Source: Vicinamibacteria bacterium (GTDB lineage: Bacteria; Acidobacteriota; Vicinamibacteria; Marinacidobacterales; Marinacidobacteraceae). From it: DNA of 64,000 nt. The notes beneath the pieces were generated by a model, which was not told the DNA's origin, ran no database searches, and saw nothing but the letters and a program-made list of their open reading frames with translations. Positions 58,073-64,000 of the stretch are shown in pieces. The stretch's first letter is position 1. Each line of letters opens with the position of its first letter. Location of the stretch: NCBI GenBank assembly GCA_963555995.3, contig OY821641.1, positions 384,001 through 448,000 on the forward strand, given 5' to 3'. A program made the translations under genes and the position numbers.

Positions 58073-58969
58073 TCAGTTGATCGGTTCGCCCTCCGCGTAC
58101 GCCCGCTCGCGGTGGAGCTCCTGAAGCCGCAGGGTGAGCGGGCCGGGTGATCCGCTGCCGATTCGACGCCCGTCCACCTCGAGCACCGGGGTCAGCGCGC
58201 CCGCGGTGCCGGTCGTGAACATCTCGTCGGCGGTATAGACCTCGGTCAGCGAGAGGTTCTTCTCGCACACCCGAAGGCCGTCTTCGTGGGCCGCCTCGAT
58301 TACGGTCGCCCGGGTGACGCCGGGGAGGCATGCGTGGGTGTGCGGCGTCTCCAGCGCCCCGTTCCGGACAAAAAAGACGTTCGTGGCGTTCGTTTCGGAG
58401 ACGAAACCGTCGAGATCCAGCATGAGCGCGTCGTCCACGCCGGCGTGGTTGGCCTCGATCTTGGCCAGGATGTTGTTGATCAGGTTGGCGTGGTGGATCT
58501 TCGAATCAATGCACTGGGGACTGTTCCGCCGGATCGAGGAGGTGATCAGGCGGATGCCCTCGGGGTCGTAGACCAGCGGCTTCCATTCCGGCAACACGAT
58601 GAGCGTGCAGCCCGACCGGTTCCATTCGGGGCTCATTCCGGACGTGACCTTCTCCCCGCGCGAGAGGGTCAGCCGAACGTGCACGCCGTCCGTCATGCCG
58701 TTGGCCCGCAGCGTCTCGAAGAGTGCGGCCCGCACCGTTTCCCGGAACGGCGCCTGCCCGAAGTCCATCGCGTGCGCGGACCCGAACAGCCGGTCCAGGT
58801 GCCGGTCGAGGTCGGCGACGCGCCCCCGATAGACCCGCAACCCCTCCCAGACCGCGTCGCCACCCTGCACCGAGCTGTCGAAGACGGACACCTTCGCCTC
58901 CGAACGGGGCTTCAGCTCGCCGTTGATCGAAACCAGAATGTCGGCGTTTCGCGGGTCCGGAAGTTCCAT
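58073..58969 (-). CDS. Class IV PLP aminotransferase (branched-chain/D-amino acid aminotransferase-like)
   Basis: SVFDS....GDAVWEGLR, HLDRL, KIH..NL.NNILA, SETNATNVF, LPGVTR, ADE.FTTGT. Confidence 0.9.
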   Translation of the reverse strand: MELPDPRNADILVSINGELKPRSEAKVSVFDSSVQGGDAVWEGLRVYRGRVADLDRHLDRLFGSAHAMDFGQAPFRETVRAALFETLRANGMTDGVHVRLTLSRGEKVTSGMSPEWNRSGCTLIVLPEWKPLVYDPEGIRLITSSIRRNSPQCIDSKIHHANLINNILAKIEANHAGVDDALMLDLDGFVSETNATNVFFVRNGALETPHTHACLPGVTRATVIEAAHEDGLRVCEKNLSLTEVYTADEMFTTGTAGALTPVLEVDGRRIGSGSPGPLTLRLQELHRERAYAEGEPIN

Positions 58970-58985
58970 GTTCGACCGCGGCGCT

Positions 58986-59276
58986 TCACGCCGCCTCCAG
59001 GGGCGTGATGTCCGAGAGGTCCGCCGTCTTCCGGGCGCTGGCGAGGTCGTACGCCCGCTGCAGGTTCACCCAGAACTCCGCAGTGTTGCCGAAGAACTTC
59101 GAGAGCCTCATTGCAGTATCAACGGTCAATGCGGTCTCACCCCTGACCAGCCGTTCGATGCGGGTTCGGGGCACGTTCAGTCGCCTGGCGAGTGTGATGG
59201 CGCTCATGCCGAGCGGGTCCAGATACAACTCGACAAGTACTTCGCCCGGGTGCGAGGGGTTCTCCATCAAGGTCAT
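58986..59276 (-). CDS. higA: HigA family antitoxin
   Basis: HPGEVL...YL.PL, LA..L.VPRTRI, DTA.RL..FFG...EFW.NLQ..YDL. Confidence 0.92.
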   Translation of the reverse strand: MTLMENPSHPGEVLVELYLDPLGMSAITLARRLNVPRTRIERLVRGETALTVDTAMRLSKFFGNTAEFWVNLQRAYDLASARKTADLSDITPLEAA

Positions 59277-59288
59277 TTCTCTGCTCCT

Positions 59289-59570
59289 TCAGTGATAGTC
59301 CACGATTTCGACATCTGCCGGCCCTTGATCGGTCCACACGAAGCAGATGCGCCACTGGTCGTTGATCCTGACCGAGTACTGGCCGGCTCGATTCCCTTTG
59401 AGTGCCTCGAGCCGGTTCCCGGGAGGAAACCTGAGGTCGTCCACAACGACCGCGGCTTCCATGGCGCTGAGAATGGCCCGGGTCCGTCGGGCCAGGTCGT
59501 GCGGGAATCCCTTGCCATAGAGATTCCGGACAGCCCCGGCCGCGAGTTTCCCCTTCGTGCTCACGATCAT
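59289..59570 (-). CDS. higB: HigB (RelE/ParE family) toxin
   Basis: DLRFPPGNRLEALKG.R.GQYSVRINDQWRICF.W...VEIVDYH. Confidence 0.93.
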   Translation of the reverse strand: MIVSTKGKLAAGAVRNLYGKGFPHDLARRTRAILSAMEAAVVVDDLRFPPGNRLEALKGNRAGQYSVRINDQWRICFVWTDQGPADVEIVDYH

Positions 59571-59573
59571 GAC

Positions 59574-59602
59574 CGATATGTATCATAGCATGATACATAT
59601 CG
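59574..59602. promoter_or_regulatory. Perfect 13-bp inverted repeat, probable HigA operator
   Basis: cgatatgtatcat-agc-atgatacatatcg directly upstream of higB. Confidence 0.65.
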
Positions 59603-59671
59603 CGGTGCTCCGTCGAAGATCGAATCCGGAAACGGTGTCTGGCGCCGTTCCCGGCTCTCGGTGCTGATTCC

Positions 59672-61093
59672 CTACTGGCTCCCCCCGATCAGCAGCAGCT
59701 CCGTCTGCTTGGGCGCGAAGTACTCCACGTCGCCCTCGGGGAGCACGCGGGCGTTCTCCTCGATGCGGATCGGGAGCACCAGGCCGTCCCACTCCGGAAT
59801 CGGGGTGCTCACGTGCAGCTCGACCGAGTACCACGCGTCGGCCCGCAGGGGATACCGCACCCGGTCCCCGTAGGCGAAGGGCCAGTCCACCGCGACCCGC
59901 GCCCCGATGTCGTGGGTGGAATTCCCGACCGAATGGGAATAGACGCCGACTTCGGCCTGCCGGGGGTCCACCTCCTCGTTGCCCCCCGTCTTCGGCTGAC
60001 CGGACTGGTACCCCAACTCCCCGACGTCTTCCATCGTCGCCTCCCAGACCTCGTGGGCGATGGCTCCCGGCTTCCAGTGGCTGGTCAGGATGTCGGTGAC
60101 TTCGAGCGCCTTCTGGAACGCGTTCCGGATGCTCTCCGGGGCCTCGGTCTCTCCGGGCCGCAGCACGTAGGCGGTCCGCTTGATGTCGGTGCGGTAGTCG
60201 AGGTAGCCGACCCCGGCGTCCACCGACAGGATGTCCCCCGGCATCACGACGTGGGCCGCGCTGTTGATCGGCAGGTTCTCCCCGTTCCGGGTGATGCGTA
60301 CTCCCGGAAGGAACTCGTTGATGAGCCCGAGCTCCATGGTCCGCTGCCGCATCCACCAGTGGATGTCGGCGATGGTGGTCTCCCCCACGGTGATCACCGC
60401 GTCGGAAAAGGCCTCCTCCTCCCAGGCGACCGTCCAGGCGCAGAGGTCGCTGAAGACCGGAATCTCCTCGGGGATGTGCATCTCCCGGAAGTCGCGAATC
60501 ACGAGCTCCGCCGACACCATGCGGGACGAGTACTTCTCGCCGAGCGTCTCCTCGAGGAAGTTCCGGAGCGTCCAGGTGAGGCCGTCCGCCATCGGCAGGG
60601 TGGGAGAGACGTTGAGACCGATCCGCTGCGGGTCGCGTTCCTCGATCACGCGCCGGAGATGCGGGCGGACGCCCTCCTCGGTGTAGCCGTAGAAGATGTG
60701 AACGTCGTAGGCGTCGCTGATCGTGGGGTCGCGGAGCGAGTGGGACCCGATGAAGATCTTCTCCGGCGAGTCTTCGCCGCGGTCGAAGAAGATGTAGGCG
60801 TTCCGCACCCCTCCCCAGCCGCCGCCGATCTCGGAAAGGATCGGGTCCACGTGGTGCTCGCGGCTGAAGGTCAGCCACATATCAATGTCGTGCGCCCGCA
60901 TCGCCGGGAGCACGACGGTGTCCAGCCGCTTCGTGATGAGGTCCTTCCGGATCTGGGCGCGTTCGCGGGCGTCGGGGATGTCGAGGACCTCGGTGGGGCG
61001 CGCGTCGGCATCACCGGCCGTGTCGGCGCCCATCGGGCCGCAGCCGGCGGCCACCGCCAGCGCCGTGGTCAGTAGCAGGCTTGTTCGAATCAT
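59672..61093 (-). CDS. M24 family metallopeptidase (Xaa-Pro aminopeptidase-like), lipoprotein
   Basis: Lipobox AAGC; metal ligands in SVDAG, RTDI.R, YSHSVG..TH, SVE and IRIEE. Confidence 0.82.
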   Translation of the reverse strand: MIRTSLLLTTALAVAAGCGPMGADTAGDADARPTEVLDIPDARERAQIRKDLITKRLDTVVLPAMRAHDIDMWLTFSREHHVDPILSEIGGGWGGVRNAYIFFDRGEDSPEKIFIGSHSLRDPTISDAYDVHIFYGYTEEGVRPHLRRVIEERDPQRIGLNVSPTLPMADGLTWTLRNFLEETLGEKYSSRMVSAELVIRDFREMHIPEEIPVFSDLCAWTVAWEEEAFSDAVITVGETTIADIHWWMRQRTMELGLINEFLPGVRITRNGENLPINSAAHVVMPGDILSVDAGVGYLDYRTDIKRTAYVLRPGETEAPESIRNAFQKALEVTDILTSHWKPGAIAHEVWEATMEDVGELGYQSGQPKTGGNEEVDPRQAEVGVYSHSVGNSTHDIGARVAVDWPFAYGDRVRYPLRADAWYSVELHVSTPIPEWDGLVLPIRIEENARVLPEGDVEYFAPKQTELLLIGGSQ

Positions 61094-61097
61094 CGCG

Positions 61098-63086
61098 TCA
61101 CCTCCGTCTCTCTCTCGGTGGAAGTTCCCCGATCCGGGAGAGCAGTTCCCGCGCCTCCCGGTGGTCGGGTTCGAGTTGAAGTAGCTGTTCGAGTGACCGC
61201 GCCGCCTGGTCCGTCTCGCCCTGACGGGCCAGCACCGCCGCCCGGTTGAAGAGGGCGGGCGCCAGGTCCGGCTCTGCCGCGAGGGCGGCGTCGTAGTGGC
61301 GGACCGCGGCGTCGCCGTCGTCCGTCCTCGCCAGCAGGTTGCCCAACCGGAAGTGGGCAAGCGCGAAGTCGGGCTTCACGGAGGCGGCCCGCCGATAGTG
61401 ATCGAGGGCTTCTGCGGGTTCCCCCCGGGCTTCCAGCGCCTCCCCGAGTCCGTAGTGCGCTTCGGCGAACTCCGGCCAGTCCTCGAGCGCCCGGCGGAAA
61501 TGCGCCTCCGCCTCCTCCGCGTTCCTTTGCGCGAGCCGGACCGTCCCCAGGTTGTGATGCGCCTGCGGAAGTTCCGGGCTCGCCGTGATGGCCCTGCTGA
61601 AGAGCGCCACGGCCCTATCCACATCGCCGTTCAGGAAGTGGAGGCGGCCGAGGTCGCTGAGCGCCAGCGCGAAATCCGGCCGGACGCGCACGGCTTCGTC
61701 GAGGTGACGGATCGCTTCGCCCCGCTCGCCGAGCGCGGCGAGCATCCCCGCCAGGCTGAAGAGGGCCTTCGCGTCCTCCGGGTTCCGGTCCAGCTTGAAC
61801 CGGTAGCCGGCGAGCCGCGCGGCGGTCTCCTTCCGCGCGAAGTCCAGCTTCAGCGCCGCGAGGTCCTCTTCCCGTTTCGGTACCACCTGGACCCAGAGGT
61901 CCCCCATCTCGTCCGAGGACTCGGGTCCGTAGAGCACCCGGCGGGGCGGATGGTGTGGGTTCTGGGGGTTGCCTGCGGTGTTGTCGTAGCTGAACTCCAT
62001 CGCCAGTTCGGCGCCCGCCGGCAGGGACACCGGCCGGGCGAAGCGGTACTCGGCCTGCCAGTTGAAGTCCCAGTCGGGGATGTGCAGTAGCGAGCGGCGC
62101 CTGCCGTCTTCGAACTCGGCCCAGGCCCGCATCTCCTTGCCGAGGTAGTGGGCGTGCGGGTAGAGGCCCACCAGTTCCACGTCCACGGGCAGCCGATAGG
62201 CGTCCCGGATGCGGTAGTTCGCCTCGCCGGCGGGGATCGTCATCGCCTTCGCGCCGAGCCGCAGCCGGGTGGAGGTGCGGGTGGGCGCGTCGCCGAAGTG
62301 GAAGCCCACCTGGACCTGGACCGGGGCCGCGTCCGGACGGGGGAGGAGGTGCAGTTGCAGCACCAGGTCGCTCGCGCGGGGTAGCCGCCAGGCCATGCCG
62401 TCGGGGACTTCGAGCGACGTCTTGCCGGGGGTCCAGCCGAGGAAGTGTCCGTCCGGGCTCTCCGCGAGGCCGGCCTGCATGCCGGCCCAGCCGGGGCCGG
62501 GGTCGAGGGCGTCGAGATGGCGGGTGGAACGGGCCGCGTCCACCAGCAACACGGCGTGGTGGACCACCTCGTGGTTGCCGGGCCGGAACTCCATCGCCTC
62601 GACGAAGCGGTCGCGCCCGGTCGGGACCGGAACCACGAAGCTCCGGAAGACGTCCCGGCCGGATTCCGGGACGATGTAGGGCTCGGCCATGGTCACCACC
62701 AGCTCCGGTTCACCGAGCCGCCAACCGGCTGCGAACCGCGGGGAGGCCGGCAGCACCGCCGGATCGCCTTCGGGCGCGCCGCCGTCGGCCCAACGCCGAA
62801 GTGTCCCGATCGCCTCCTCGGAGAGCCGGCGTTCGCCGACGAAGGGCTCCGGCCCCGACTCTGGGAGCCAGGGCGGCATGTGCCGGGCCGCGGTCATTGC
62901 GGCGATCCGTTCGGCCCGCTCCCGCGCTCCGGGGTACATCTCGAGGCTGAAGGGACCGATACCGCCCTCGCGGTGGCAGGCGACGCAGTGCTCGAAGAGG
63001 ATCGGGGCGACGTCCCGGGTGAAGGTGACGGGTTCCTGGGTGGCCGTCAGGCCGGTCGCTATCGAAAGTGCGGCGAGGAGTGACAC
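61098..63086 (-). CDS. Cytochrome c (CxxCH) / copper type-II monooxygenase-like / TPR multidomain protein
   Basis: CVACH, MPPW; VHHAV; PHAHYLG, WDFNWQ, YDN...NP, SDEM; C-terminal TPR repeats (P..A.AH..LG). Confidence 0.8.
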   Translation of the reverse strand: MSLLAALSIATGLTATQEPVTFTRDVAPILFEHCVACHREGGIGPFSLEMYPGARERAERIAAMTAARHMPPWLPESGPEPFVGERRLSEEAIGTLRRWADGGAPEGDPAVLPASPRFAAGWRLGEPELVVTMAEPYIVPESGRDVFRSFVVPVPTGRDRFVEAMEFRPGNHEVVHHAVLLVDAARSTRHLDALDPGPGWAGMQAGLAESPDGHFLGWTPGKTSLEVPDGMAWRLPRASDLVLQLHLLPRPDAAPVQVQVGFHFGDAPTRTSTRLRLGAKAMTIPAGEANYRIRDAYRLPVDVELVGLYPHAHYLGKEMRAWAEFEDGRRRSLLHIPDWDFNWQAEYRFARPVSLPAGAELAMEFSYDNTAGNPQNPHHPPRRVLYGPESSDEMGDLWVQVVPKREEDLAALKLDFARKETAARLAGYRFKLDRNPEDAKALFSLAGMLAALGERGEAIRHLDEAVRVRPDFALALSDLGRLHFLNGDVDRAVALFSRAITASPELPQAHHNLGTVRLAQRNAEEAEAHFRRALEDWPEFAEAHYGLGEALEARGEPAEALDHYRRAASVKPDFALAHFRLGNLLARTDDGDAAVRHYDAALAAEPDLAPALFNRAAVLARQGETDQAARSLEQLLQLEPDHREARELLSRIGELPPRERRR

Positions 63087-63158
63087 GACCGTGGATGCCC
63101 GGTTCGGAACCTACCCGCTCCCCGGCAGCCGCCGCAAACGCAGCCGGGGTCGTTTCGG

Positions 63159-64000
63159 TCAGACCTTCAGGTAGATCCGCTTGCGGTCGAGGAACACGGC
63201 GATCGCCGTCCAGACGGCCACGTTCGCGAGCGCGAAACCGAGCGACCCGTTCAGCGGCCCGAGCCAGGAGGCGAAGAAGACCTCGTAGGTCCGGGTGTAG
63301 GCCGAGCCGTCGCCCCGCTCCGGGAAGAGGAGCATGGTCTTGATGACCAGCCCGGACCCGACGAAGACCCCGATGGCGTTCTTCCCGAGCGACTCCAGCG
63401 GGGCGGTCCAGCGCGGCGGCTGCCGCAGGTCCATGAGCAGTACGCAGCACGCCAGCATCGAGAGCGCGATCCCCGCGGTGAAGAGCACGTAGGAACTGGT
63501 CCAGAGGTTCTTGTTGATGGGCAGCCAGAAGCTCCAGATCCAGCCCAGGGTCAGGAGCGCGAACCCGGCGGTGAGCAGGCCGGTCGTCTTCTGCGACGGG
63601 AGGTGCGCCGACCGCAGCCACTGCCCGGCGAAGATGCCGAGGAGGGCGGTCGCGACCGCCGGGACCGTGGAGAGCACTCCCTCCGGATCCCAGGCGCCCT
63701 GGTAAAGGGTTCCGGGCAGCAGGACGCGGTCGAGGAAGGCGGCGATGTTCGTCCCGGGTTCCAGGTCGCCGGCCACCCCGCCCGGCGCCGGCACGAACCG
63801 CATCACGGCCGCGAAGCCGGCGAGGCAGACGGCCGTCAGGGCGGCGAGCCCTCGCCGGCCCAGCCACAGGAACGCCGCTCCGGCCACGAGGTAGACCACC
63901 CCGATCCGCTGCAGCACGCCGGGCAGCCGGAGCGATCCGAGATCCAGGAACGGCCAGGCCGCCAGCAAGAGCCCGAGCCCGATCAGGATGGCGCTCCGCC
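63159..64000 (-). CDS. Heparan-alpha-glucosaminide N-acetyltransferase-like (NagX/DUF5009) membrane protein, 5' end outside window
   Basis: RLPGVLQRIG, DPEG.LST.PA, PINKNLWTSSYVL, LG.NAI, C-terminal KRIYLKV. Confidence 0.85.
   Translation of the reverse strand, partial: RSAILIGLGLLLAAWPFLDLGSLRLPGVLQRIGVVYLVAGAAFLWLGRRGLAALTAVCLAGFAAVMRFVPAPGGVAGDLEPGTNIAAFLDRVLLPGTLYQGAWDPEGVLSTVPAVATALLGIFAGQWLRSAHLPSQKTTGLLTAGFALLTLGWIWSFWLPINKNLWTSSYVLFTAGIALSMLACCVLLMDLRQPPRWTAPLESLGKNAIGVFVGSGLVIKTMLLFPERGDGSAYTRTYEVFFASWLGPLNGSLGFALANVAVWTAIAVFLDRKRIYLKV

Overview
64 kb of a very GC-rich bacterial chromosome. The gene content resembles Acidobacteriota of the marine/sponge-associated type, but that is inference only. 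It holds about 60 CDSs. Housekeeping and metabolic blocks: pxpB-C fusion, arsC, tesA-ybbA-ybbP, msrP, pgi, amidase, alkA, a complete Rrf2-sufBCDSUT operon with an IscR-type box, and a SAM-I/IV riboswitch-controlled aspartokinase-asd-metY operon. A secreted-hydrolase/catabolic block carries PuuD, FAH, a P450, an S9 peptidase, three tandem divergent GGT-family proteins and, further on, an M24 peptidase. A ~14 kb defence/TA island (20.9-34.7 kb) holds a two-ATPase operon whose first gene is broken, a type IIG-like restriction-modification enzyme, an AAA_21+DUF4276 pair and TA modules. The window has six intact type II TA pairs plus a HicB remnant, an orphan IS21-like end, and a REP/REPIN palindrome family at nine intergenic sites. 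The least explained features are (i) a 13-unit, 32-bp-period structured tandem array (24135-24565) between the ATPase operon and the RM gene, and (ii) three GGT-fold paralogues with Ser instead of the catalytic Thr and no gamma-glutamyl-binding motifs. No tRNA, rRNA, cas gene or transposase was recognised.
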